DNA of 64,000 nt, taken from IMG/VR virus record IMGVR_UViG_3300036985_003303, positions 32,001 to 96,000 of that record; one strand, 5' to 3'. Shown one piece after another: positions 17,855 through 25,996 of the stretch; the stretch's first letter is position 1; the number at the start of each line of letters is the position of its first letter. Source of the stretch: a virus. Position numbers and translations under genes: made by a program. The notes beneath the pieces are model-generated. The model did not search any database, was not told where the DNA came from, and worked only from the letters and a program-made list of their open reading frames with translations.

Positions 17855-18847
17855 ATGAGTACAAAATTAGAACACATGGGAAAGGTAACAATTAAACCTT
17901 TCACCGATCCAAATCAAGAGAACATGGGACTTGAAAAATATAACTATGTTGTATTTCCTAACACGTTCCAAGTAGAATCTCTTGCTGCCGTTGAACAAAA
18001 TGGCAAAATGCGTTATTTGACAGGTCTTAATGAGTTTGCACCAGAGGTGAAACAGATTAAAGACTCCGCAAAAAAATCTGCTGTAATTAAAGACATCAGA
18101 GAAACAATTGCTTTACTTGAAAGAGAAAGAGCATTTAACCAAATTGATCCAGAGGATAAAGATTTCTGGAGCAAAGTTGAATTATTCAAGCCAAGTAATT
18201 CAGACATTTGGGGAAAAGTATTTTTGAAACTAGGCAATGATGATATTGTTTTAGATCCAAAAGAAAATTTGGACCATCTCATTATTGTTAAAGCTATTGA
18301 AAATGGAGGATTTTCATTAGTGGCTTCAAACTTTGAGGAAGCAAAAAGAACAAAAGCAAAATGGTATCTTGATAGACTGATAGATACTGTGGCAACAAGT
18401 GTGGGAATCAGCAAGTTGAAAAACAAAGCTGGAGCTTTACTGGAGCAATTATCTGAGGATAACCCAAGGAAATTGTTTTACATTGCTAAGAATATTGATG
18501 GAAACAGTCCGCAGTATTCAAACAAAACATTACCAGGAGTTATTTATGGTAACTTAGATAACTACATCAACGGTAAAGGGTTTGACAATAACATGAAGCG
18601 TTGTGCTACAACATTCATTGAAAGTTCAGAAATGAGCGTTGAGGATTTGAAAATTAAAGCAATTATCAAAGATGCAAGTTTCTACAAATTCATTATTGTA
18701 AAACCTGATGGAATGTTACACGAAGCTTCACAAAATGTGATGCTTGGTAGAAATGTATCTGACATCTTGGAATATTTGAAAAATCCAACTAATGAAGACA
18801 TGTTGGATCTTTTGATGGCAAAAGTAGAAGATATTTGGAGTAAATAA
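17855..18847 (+). CDS. Conserved post-MCP protein (head morphogenesis, function unknown)
   Basis: 330-aa clean ORF with late-gene codon usage; position is typical of crAss-like capsid modules. Confidence 0.7.
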   Translation: MSTKLEHMGKVTIKPFTDPNQENMGLEKYNYVVFPNTFQVESLAAVEQNGKMRYLTGLNEFAPEVKQIKDSAKKSAVIKDIRETIALLERERAFNQIDPEDKDFWSKVELFKPSNSDIWGKVFLKLGNDDIVLDPKENLDHLIIVKAIENGGFSLVASNFEEAKRTKAKWYLDRLIDTVATSVGISKLKNKAGALLEQLSEDNPRKLFYIAKNIDGNSPQYSNKTLPGVIYGNLDNYINGKGFDNNMKRCATTFIESSEMSVEDLKIKAIIKDASFYKFIIVKPDGMLHEASQNVMLGRNVSDILEYLKNPTNEDMLDLLMAKVEDIWSK

Positions 18848-18862
18848 TTAAATTTATATATC

Positions 18863-19084
18863 ATGTCAGAATCTAAAAACAAAAAAAAAGAGTTAACTCT
18901 TAAAGAACAACAAGAAGCAGATAAAGCTTATGCAAGAAAAACTATGACTTCATCTCCAAATTCTTCTTCAAATTCTAGAGCCAATAAAGTTGTTGGTAAG
19001 TATAAAAATGGCGGATCTGTTGGTAATAAAAAAGTTATGCCTAAGAAAGCTATGGGTGGTAAAATGGGTAAAAAATCTTGTTAA
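18863..19084 (+). CDS. Small basic protein
   Basis: K-rich; KYKNGG and KKAMGG motifs. Confidence 0.75.
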   Translation: MSESKNKKKELTLKEQQEADKAYARKTMTSSPNSSSNSRANKVVGKYKNGGSVGNKKVMPKKAMGGKMGKKSC

Positions 19085-19233
19085 TGTCAAAACAAGGTTT
19101 ATATTCAAACATCAATGCTAAAAGAAAAAGAATAGCATCAGGTTCCGGGGAGTCAATGAGAAAACCCGGAACTAAAGGTGCTCCAACTAAAGCAAGTTTT
19201 ATTAAGTCTGCAAAGACTGCAAAAAAGAAATAG
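19084..19233 (+). CDS. Small basic protein, 49 aa (not in track)
   Basis: MSKQGLYSNINAKRKRIASGSGESMRKPGTKGAPTKASFIKSAKTAKKK; TAATG overlap; resembles a widespread phage GLY.NI.AKRKRI family. Confidence 0.8.
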   Translation: MSKQGLYSNINAKRKRIASGSGESMRKPGTKGAPTKASFIKSAKTAKKK

Positions 19234-19235
19234 TC

Positions 19236-19358
19236 ATGGCTGTAAAGAAAGTTAAAAAAGAAAAATCAGACTGTGCAGTTAAGGTTAAAAAATCTTTTCA
19301 AGCAGGAATGATGATTGGTCGCAACATGAAAAAACCAATTACTAATAAGAAAAAGTAA
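19236..19358 (+). CDS. Small basic protein, 40 aa (not in track)
   Basis: MAVKKVKKEKSDCAVKVKKSFQAGMMIGRNMKKPITNKKK; fills the gap exactly, TAATG coupling. Confidence 0.7.
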   Translation: MAVKKVKKEKSDCAVKVKKSFQAGMMIGRNMKKPITNKKK

Positions 19359-19542
19359 TGGCAAAGACGGCAATTAATTATTGGGGACTAGCAGATGAAT
19401 ATGCTACCTCAAAACATAAAATGGAAAAAGGTGATGATATTTCTAAATATGAAAGATATGAAGAAGTAAAAGAAGCTTATGAAGCCGGGTTTTTGAAAGC
19501 TGTGGAATTATTAAAAAGTGAAGACTAATGGCAAAGACAGCA
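19356..19542 (+). repeat. 17-bp direct repeat TAATGGCAAAGAC(G/A)GCA flanking the 56-aa ORF
   Basis: 19356-19372 versus 19526-19542, 16/17 identical. Confidence 0.8.
19358..19528 (+). CDS. Small net-acidic protein, 56 aa (not in track)
   Basis: MAKTAINYWGLADEYATSKHKMEKGDDISKYERYEEVKEAYEAGFLKAVELLKSED; TAATG overlaps at both ends. Confidence 0.7.
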   Translation: MAKTAINYWGLADEYATSKHKMEKGDDISKYERYEEVKEAYEAGFLKAVELLKSED

Positions 19543-19800
19543 GCTTGGACAAGAAAAGAAGGCAAGGATCCTAAAGGTGGATTAAATGCTAAAGGTGTTG
19601 CTTCATATAGAAAAGCAAATCCAGGAAGTAAATTGCAAACTGCAGTTACTACTAAACCTTCTAAGCTTAAAGCTGGAAGTAAAGATGCTAAACGAAGAAA
19701 AAGTTTTTGTGCTAGAATGTCTGGAATGCCAGGTCCTGCTAAAAAACCAAATGGAGAACCTACAAGAAAAACTCTTGCATTAAGGAAGTGGAATTGTTAA
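19528..19800 (+). CDS. Basic conserved phage protein (DUF6321-like)
   Basis: AWTRKEGKDPKGGLNAKG...RRKSFCARMSG...ALRKWNC. Confidence 0.8.
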   Translation: MAKTAAWTRKEGKDPKGGLNAKGVASYRKANPGSKLQTAVTTKPSKLKAGSKDAKRRKSFCARMSGMPGPAKKPNGEPTRKTLALRKWNC

Positions 19801-19811
19801 TACAATAGATC

Positions 19812-19979
19812 ATGGCAATAAAGAAAGGAATGGGTTTTAAAGCAGCCCAAAAAGGTATAGCAAAAAAGCAAGGTGTTTCTATGGAAGCAGCCGGTGCTAT
19901 TTTGGCATCCGCTGCAAGAAAAGCATCTCCCGCGGCCAAACGCAAGAACCCAAATCTTAAAAAAGTTAAAGGGAAATGA
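19812..19979 (+). CDS. Small basic protein, 55 aa (not in track)
   Basis: MAIKKGMGFKAAQKGIAKKQGVSMEAAGAILASAARKASPAAKRKNPNLKKVKGK; ATGA overlap with the next gene. Confidence 0.8.
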   Translation: MAIKKGMGFKAAQKGIAKKQGVSMEAAGAILASAARKASPAAKRKNPNLKKVKGK

Positions 19980-20905
19980 GCAAGTTAAGACCATTTGCAT
20001 TAAGAGATAAACTTGGAAATATAGTTTCTGGAAGTTTAGTTTATAGTACAACAAAACCTAAAAATGGTGATTTTTTTCTTGTTGTAGAAGGTGTTGAAAG
20101 AAATGAAATCAACCCTGGTAATTATTCAAGTATTGTCCGTCAGTATTACGGTAGTGCAACTACATCTGAAAATTTTGGAGATAAAGCAAAAGCTTTTATT
20201 TCCAGCTATGGATATGCTCCAAGTAATGTTCTATTATCTGATTCAATTTGTTCAGATGATGTAGATGGTCCTATTTATGCAGATGTAACTAACATCGGTC
20301 AAACTCCTTCATCACTTAATGAATTTTTAGGTGCATTTATGTCTGGAGGATTAGCTGGCTATCCACACACAGGTACATTAGGAATTGCTGCTTGGGCTAG
20401 TCATGCTACAACAACTACTAAAGGTGCATTGTTTTTGATTAATATGCCGCACATTGGTATTTCAATAGATAATCAAGTAGGTAGGATCAGACGAAGAGGA
20501 AAAGCAACTAATGGTGCTGATAATACATGTGGCGCAGTTGCTACAGCAATTGCTTGGGTAATGGCCAATGCCGTAGCACCAGTTGCAACAAATTTTCCAA
20601 ATGACTATCAGAACTATGTTTTGTGTAATATTCTTTTTCCTTTTAAAGCAGCTATCACAGCTTTACCAACTTATGGTGCAAGAATGATATATGCTACTGA
20701 AAAAATTAGAGTTGCAGGTGATGCATTTTTAATTGGAGCAACTGGAATTTCTGCAAATGTTCCAGCAGGTATTGATGTATTTTATTGTTCAGGAACATTT
20801 ATAAATACAGATGATACTTACAGTGCATACATTAATGTAACTTCATTTAAAAAGTTTAATGGTACTTGGAGTGACTTGACAACTGCTTTCTTAAAGACTT
20901 TATAA
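19976..20905 (+). CDS. LCIB/LCIC-like (theta-type) carbonic-anhydrase-family protein
   Basis: SICSDD (C92), F.SGGLAGYP..G..G..A...H, MPHIGIS...VG.I.RRG (H159), TCGA (C185), and a C-terminal GTFINTD; motif order matches the LCIB_C_CA family. Confidence 0.8.
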   Translation: MSKLRPFALRDKLGNIVSGSLVYSTTKPKNGDFFLVVEGVERNEINPGNYSSIVRQYYGSATTSENFGDKAKAFISSYGYAPSNVLLSDSICSDDVDGPIYADVTNIGQTPSSLNEFLGAFMSGGLAGYPHTGTLGIAAWASHATTTTKGALFLINMPHIGISIDNQVGRIRRRGKATNGADNTCGAVATAIAWVMANAVAPVATNFPNDYQNYVLCNILFPFKAAITALPTYGARMIYATEKIRVAGDAFLIGATGISANVPAGIDVFYCSGTFINTDDTYSAYINVTSFKKFNGTWSDLTTAFLKTL

Positions 20906-20914
20906 TAGGAACAC

Positions 20915-21616
20915 ATGACAAATGATACTATTCAAATAAAAGTCAAACAGCGAATTAATAAATTGGCTAGTAATGACTATGACAACATTATGCCTTGGCA
21001 AATTGTTGAAGCTTTTAATAAAGCACAAGTAACTTGGTGCAGAAGAAACTTGATGGGAACTAATATGACTAAGACTGGCGATGAAGCTAGTAAAAGACGT
21101 ATTGATGATTTACAAGTTTTGCTTTCAGACAAACCATTAGCAATGGTCAAAAAGGATTTGTATTTTCAATCTCCAACTTTACCTGCAGACTATTTTGAGT
21201 GGAAAAGACTTTCCAGCAAATCAAAAAAAGATTGTTGTGATAAAAGACAAATGGTAATTTATCTTGCAGAAGAAGCAAACGTAGATGAACTTTTGAGGGA
21301 TCATAATAAAAAACCAAGTTTTGAATGGGCTGAAACTTTTGCTACAGTACTAGGAAATAAAATTAAAGTTTACACAAACAATGATTTTGAATTAGAGAGC
21401 ACAGTTTTGACTTATTACAGACAACCAAGAAGAATACAAATTCCAGGAACATCGGATCCATATACAGGACTTGTTTCAACTGTAAATGTTGAATGTGAAT
21501 TTAAAGATGACTTAGTGGAATTATTCATTGATGAATGTGTAAAAATTCTAGCAGGAGATCTTGAAGATGTTACTGCAAATCAAATTGCAGATAATTCAGT
21601 AGAAACTAATAATTAA
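20915..21616 (+). CDS. Tail ring / head-tail connector protein
   Basis: EAFNKAQ..W, E.SKRRIDDLQVL, KPSFEWAETF, YYRQP motifs typical of crAss-like ring proteins. Confidence 0.65.
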   Translation: MTNDTIQIKVKQRINKLASNDYDNIMPWQIVEAFNKAQVTWCRRNLMGTNMTKTGDEASKRRIDDLQVLLSDKPLAMVKKDLYFQSPTLPADYFEWKRLSSKSKKDCCDKRQMVIYLAEEANVDELLRDHNKKPSFEWAETFATVLGNKIKVYTNNDFELESTVLTYYRQPRRIQIPGTSDPYTGLVSTVNVECEFKDDLVELFIDECVKILAGDLEDVTANQIADNSVETNN

Positions 21617-21623
21617 GAATAAG

Positions 21624-22085
21624 ATGAACTCACCACAAAGAGGTCTATTAAAAAGACCAACACAACAAGCAACAAGTTCTACTTACACAAAACCATCTGG
21701 TAATCATTGTGTAGAGGAAACAACAGTTTGCGTTTGTGAATTAATGAATGCATCTATTTCATTTCATAAACTACATTTAAAAGTAGCAGGTCCTGGTGCA
21801 CACGCTATGCATGTTGCATTAGGCCCTTTATATGAAGGATTACCTGATCTTATAGATACTATTACAGAAGCATACCAAGGAGCAGCTGAAAGAATTTTAG
21901 TTCTTCCAGACTGTTGTCCAAGAAGTCTTAATTCTGTAGAAGAAGGTATTGTTTACATCAGAGAAATTTATGATATGATTTGTGCTTTACAAGACATTAT
22001 GTGTTTCTCAGAAATCAGCAATGAACTTGACAATGTAAAAAGATTACTAGGTTCAACAAAGTACAAACTTTTATTTTTAAAATAA
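21624..22085 (+). CDS. Dps/ferritin-like four-helix-bundle protein (DUF5856-like)
   Basis: FHKLHL...AHAMHVALGPLYEGLPDLIDTITEAYQG...EISNELDNVKRLLGSTKYKLLFLK. Confidence 0.7.
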   Translation: MNSPQRGLLKRPTQQATSSTYTKPSGNHCVEETTVCVCELMNASISFHKLHLKVAGPGAHAMHVALGPLYEGLPDLIDTITEAYQGAAERILVLPDCCPRSLNSVEEGIVYIREIYDMICALQDIMCFSEISNELDNVKRLLGSTKYKLLFLK

Positions 22086-22116
22086 TTTGCACTAAGTGTT
22101 GCACAATTGGATTATT

Positions 22117-22145
22117 TTTGCTATATTAAATATATTGTTTATTAA
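22117..22145 (+). promoter_or_regulatory. Putative late promoter (TTTGC-TATATTA plus conserved leader)
   Basis: 22122-22145 matches 1944-1967 at 22/24 positions. Confidence 0.55.
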
Positions 22146-22159
22146 CTAAAAAAAGAAAA

Positions 22160-23746
22160 ATGAGTTATTTTAATCATGCTTACCGCAAATCATTTGTCGG
22201 AACAAAAGCAACCCAAGCAAATGTACCTGGTGTATCCAATGCGGTGAATAACGGATTATTGCTTGACGCAGGTGTACCAACATCAGCTTTAGCAAATGCT
22301 GTTGCACCAAATTCATTAGGAGTTGGTACTTATGGATTTTTTAATCCAAACACTTATGTATCTGTAAACAACGCATCTCCGGAAGTAGTTGCAGGAAAAC
22401 CATTGGTTTTTGCTGCTGCATCTTTGTTTACAAATGATAAGATTGGACCTTTCCACGGAGGGTACAAAGAGTCTAACAAATCAAAGATGATCAATCCAAG
22501 ATTTGTTCACAAATTTTCTAAAATGACAGGTGCTGCTCCAGAGCAATCTATTTGGCATTTAGGAAATACAAACTGGAACTCTGATTCAATTGATACTTTA
22601 GGTTTCCTTGTAGCAGGTGTTGGTTATACCGTTGGTATTTATACTAATGTTGCATTAGTAGGTGGTACAGGTGTTGGTGCTTTTGCTACAGTTCAAGTCA
22701 ATGGTGCTGGTAATGTTGTTTCTATTGTAATTACAGAACCGGGACAAGGATACACAGTTGGTGATGTTTTAACATTGCCTGCTTCAGTTCCATTTGTTCC
22801 AGGTGCTCCTGCTTCAGTTCCAGTTGCAACAATCAAATACAACGCAGTAGGAAGTGCTCCTTGTAAATTTAATTTTGTATGTGGAGAAACATACAATCTT
22901 CGTGTTGACTTATGGGGTTCACCCGTATTGCGTTACTTGAACCATGACTTGTACAAAACTTTCGCAGCTTATACAGGTTGTTGTCCAACAGGTGCAATTG
23001 TACCAGGAAATGTAGATTCTACATTGGTAATGATCAACTGGGCTAACCAAATCGTAACTGATGTATGGTTGCAGTACTTTGTTCGCCCAATCGTTTATAC
23101 TCAAACAGGTGTTCCATTGTTTGCTACAGCTGCTGAAGCAATTGCTGCAGGTTTCCCTGGAACTAATGTATGGTCAACTTATGTATCTCCAGGATACATT
23201 GCTGGTGCATTGGCTGGTATTCGTTTGATTGGAGCTTACATTGAAACTAAATTTGGTAACTGTTCATTCCAAAACAGTGATTTCTATGAAAAAGAAATCA
23301 TTCAGATGAACTTATCATTGACAGATTTGACTGGTGATCCATGTGACTTCTCTGCACTTTGTGCTACTAAAGAATATGCAGGATTTACTGGACAAGGTTA
23401 TGGTGAAACTGTATTGCGTGATGTGATTCTTGATGAGTCATACTTACAAAATCATTTCTCTGATGATGTTCGTATCCGTGAGATCACTCAAGGAGATCAG
23501 TATTTCACTGCGGTTAACCGTAATGCGTTGTACACGCGTTATGTAATCCAACACAGTGTTCCTCGTTACAACAACCCTAGTGGTGTTTATGATGATGATC
23601 AGTATGCATTGAATATCTATGTTACTGTTACTACAGCAACAGCATTTGAAACATTCATGGCAACATGGTTGGGTGCGGCTGCAGTTGGTGCAGTTACAAC
23701 ATTGAATACTTTTGGTCATACTGCTTACACACCAGCAGTTCTTTAA
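22160..23746 (+). CDS. Abundant virion structural protein (auxiliary capsid or fibre-base candidate)
   Basis: Has its own promoter and a strong terminator; MCP-like codon bias; contains a GxGYT..G...GG.G.GA.A.V beta module. Confidence 0.6.
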   Translation: MSYFNHAYRKSFVGTKATQANVPGVSNAVNNGLLLDAGVPTSALANAVAPNSLGVGTYGFFNPNTYVSVNNASPEVVAGKPLVFAAASLFTNDKIGPFHGGYKESNKSKMINPRFVHKFSKMTGAAPEQSIWHLGNTNWNSDSIDTLGFLVAGVGYTVGIYTNVALVGGTGVGAFATVQVNGAGNVVSIVITEPGQGYTVGDVLTLPASVPFVPGAPASVPVATIKYNAVGSAPCKFNFVCGETYNLRVDLWGSPVLRYLNHDLYKTFAAYTGCCPTGAIVPGNVDSTLVMINWANQIVTDVWLQYFVRPIVYTQTGVPLFATAAEAIAAGFPGTNVWSTYVSPGYIAGALAGIRLIGAYIETKFGNCSFQNSDFYEKEIIQMNLSLTDLTGDPCDFSALCATKEYAGFTGQGYGETVLRDVILDESYLQNHFSDDVRIREITQGDQYFTAVNRNALYTRYVIQHSVPRYNNPSGVYDDDQYALNIYVTVTTATAFETFMATWLGAAAVGAVTTLNTFGHTAYTPAVL

Positions 23747-23766
23747 GACCGGAGTTATATCTTCCT

Positions 23767-23808
23767 AAAATGGAGAATAGAGTCTTTCTCTGTTCTCCAT
23801 TTTTTTTA
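23767..23808 (+). terminator. Rho-independent terminator
   Basis: AAAATGGAGAATAGAG / CTCTGTTCTCCATTTT 16-bp stem plus T run. Confidence 0.85.
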
Positions 23809-23819
23809 AATGAAATCTT

Positions 23820-24380
23820 ATGGCAACAAATTCATTAAGTTTAAATATTCCAAACATTATGACAGACTGTGTTCTTCGCATAGAAGACACAAGCGTGTAT
23901 GATTTACTCATGCCTTATGTTTGCCCTACTGTCCAAGTATTAGTACCTGGATATAGAGATTGCATTACTTTCAATGACACAACTTTTCCACCAATTTATA
24001 AAGGATTTATTCTTAATCTCACGGCTTGTGATTTAAAAATACAAACTGAATGTTGTGGAACTGAGTTCCATTCATTACCCGATGGGATTTATGTCATCAA
24101 GTATGCACTATCTCCGCATGATAAAATGTATGTTGAGTACAATCATTTGCGTGTTACAGCTTTAAGAAAACAACTGAAAGAGGAATGGTGCAAACTTAAA
24201 TTGAGTGCATGTGAACCAATTCCAGAAACTAAGAATAAATTTATATCTTTGATGGAGATTACTGGTTACATAGATGCAGCTCAAGCAAAAGCTGAATACT
24301 GTTTAGACCATGATCAGGCAATGGTTTTGTATAACTATGCCAAAAAACTGTTAGATAATTATTCATGTAAACTTTGCTAA
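23820..24380 (+). CDS. Putative tail hub / structural protein
   Basis: LRIEDTSVY, LPDGIYVIKY, YNHLRVT motifs; structural context. Confidence 0.55.
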   Translation: MATNSLSLNIPNIMTDCVLRIEDTSVYDLLMPYVCPTVQVLVPGYRDCITFNDTTFPPIYKGFILNLTACDLKIQTECCGTEFHSLPDGIYVIKYALSPHDKMYVEYNHLRVTALRKQLKEEWCKLKLSACEPIPETKNKFISLMEITGYIDAAQAKAEYCLDHDQAMVLYNYAKKLLDNYSCKLC

Positions 24381-24381
24381 A

Positions 24382-24522
24382 ATGGCTCAGAATTGTCAAA
24401 ATTGTGGAGTATGTACTTGTACAGGAACATACATTGTAAATGCAACAAATGGTAAATCATGTTGCACTGCTTGCGTTAATACAGTCAATCAGCAAATTGC
24501 TGAAGGCCAAATAAAGAAATAA
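24382..24522 (+). CDS. 46-aa Cys-rich protein (not in track)
   Basis: MAQNCQNCGVCTCTGTYIVNATNGKSCCTACVNTVNQQIAEGQIKK, 7 Cys; fills the gap exactly. Confidence 0.7.
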   Translation: MAQNCQNCGVCTCTGTYIVNATNGKSCCTACVNTVNQQIAEGQIKK

Positions 24523-24523
24523 A

Positions 24524-25975
24524 ATGGCTCAGGATCAAGTACAAAATAAGTATTATACATTAATAGATTGTTGTAGCAATCAAGCGTATGTATATCCTAC
24601 AGGACATCCTTATGCAGGAACACCTGTGTACATTAAATACACTGGAGTTTTCTTTGACATTGAGCCAATAGATCTTGTAATTAATCCTGAAATAATAACA
24701 AGTTTTGAAGATTCATCAGGCAATGTAACAAATGGATGTTTTATTTTAAAATCAGCAAATCCACCAGCTGGACCAGATCCAACTAATACACAGAATTGGT
24801 TTGATGCTATTTATACAGGATTAGTTACTACACCAATGTGTTGTGATTGCAATACAGCATGTAACTCATTATTTTTTCAATGGGTAGGTGTTGGTAATAT
24901 TACATTAGGTCAACCTATTTATTCTTTTGTAGGACCAACTGGAACTTATGATGGACACAATTATTATGAGATTTTAAATACTTGGACAGAGCCTGTTGTA
25001 TTTGTTTGGTTTTCAGTAGATGATCAAGTGTGGTATTTATCAACTGTTTTAGGAGATGCATTAACTATTATTGATACACTTAATTCAACTGATTTAATTC
25101 CAGCAGAAGAAGGTGTAATAACATCATGGCAAAGTGGAAGATTTGAATCTTACATTTGTAAAGCTATAGAACCAGTTATTCCAGTAGTAAATCCTGGTTT
25201 AACTTATCCAGAAGAAAGATACCAATTAACTTGCTGTTCTACAGGAGAAGCATTAGTTGTAAATGGATTACCGGGAGTATTTGTGTTCCAAGGTATAACA
25301 AGTAATGATAATCATCCAGATGACTTCTTAGAAGTTGTTTTAACAACTATCAAAGACATCAATGCAAATGTTATTACTGGATGTTACCGCGTAACAGAGG
25401 CAGAATGTTTTGAAGAATGGGAAGAAGTTTTATGGCAAGACTTTTTTGTTGAAACTGAATGTGTAAGTACATGCCAGGAATGTTTACCAAAACCGGTAAT
25501 AATTCCTCCAGTTACAAATCACAAGATGATTTATCCTGATTTTATAGTAAATAATGTAGAACCTTTTGATGCAGAACAAATATTCTGTGCATTTGGAGAT
25601 GCAAACTATGAAAAGGTTTTAGCATTAAGATATGGAATACAATTCTGTTGTCCTACAGATCTAATGCAATCAACAATAGAACATGAAATCTTAAAGATGG
25701 ATATTGCAGAGGATCCAAACGCGTGTTGTCCAATTGCTCCACTTCCAGGTACATGTAAAAAGTATTCAATCATTATTCCAATTGATGTTGAAGGATGGTT
25801 GTATTTTAAAGATTGCAACCGAGTTGTAAGAACTGTTATGTTCTATTCAGCTAGTACACCTTATGAAGTCTTTGTATGTGGTACAACTGGACAAACATCA
25901 GCAGACATTTACATTCTTGCAAACAACCAAGACTTACTGCAAGTACAGTTTTCTGAAGGAGTGGATTGCAATTAA
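24524..25975 (+). CDS. Cys-rich structural protein with an internally duplicated domain
   Basis: Y.L..CCS...GNV..GC[FY] module occurs twice; RYGIQFCC motif near the C-terminus. Confidence 0.6.
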   Translation: MAQDQVQNKYYTLIDCCSNQAYVYPTGHPYAGTPVYIKYTGVFFDIEPIDLVINPEIITSFEDSSGNVTNGCFILKSANPPAGPDPTNTQNWFDAIYTGLVTTPMCCDCNTACNSLFFQWVGVGNITLGQPIYSFVGPTGTYDGHNYYEILNTWTEPVVFVWFSVDDQVWYLSTVLGDALTIIDTLNSTDLIPAEEGVITSWQSGRFESYICKAIEPVIPVVNPGLTYPEERYQLTCCSTGEALVVNGLPGVFVFQGITSNDNHPDDFLEVVLTTIKDINANVITGCYRVTEAECFEEWEEVLWQDFFVETECVSTCQECLPKPVIIPPVTNHKMIYPDFIVNNVEPFDAEQIFCAFGDANYEKVLALRYGIQFCCPTDLMQSTIEHEILKMDIAEDPNACCPIAPLPGTCKKYSIIIPIDVEGWLYFKDCNRVVRTVMFYSASTPYEVFVCGTTGQTSADIYILANNQDLLQVQFSEGVDCN

Positions 25976-25996
25976 ATTAGGAAATTAAATTAAAAA

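Noticed and set aside
1239-18889. A9 homopolymers near gene starts (about 1240-1248 and 18881-18889) as phase-variation or frameshift sites
   Set aside because: Both encode Lys runs in intact frames in an A-rich genome, and no useful alternative-frame ORF follows.
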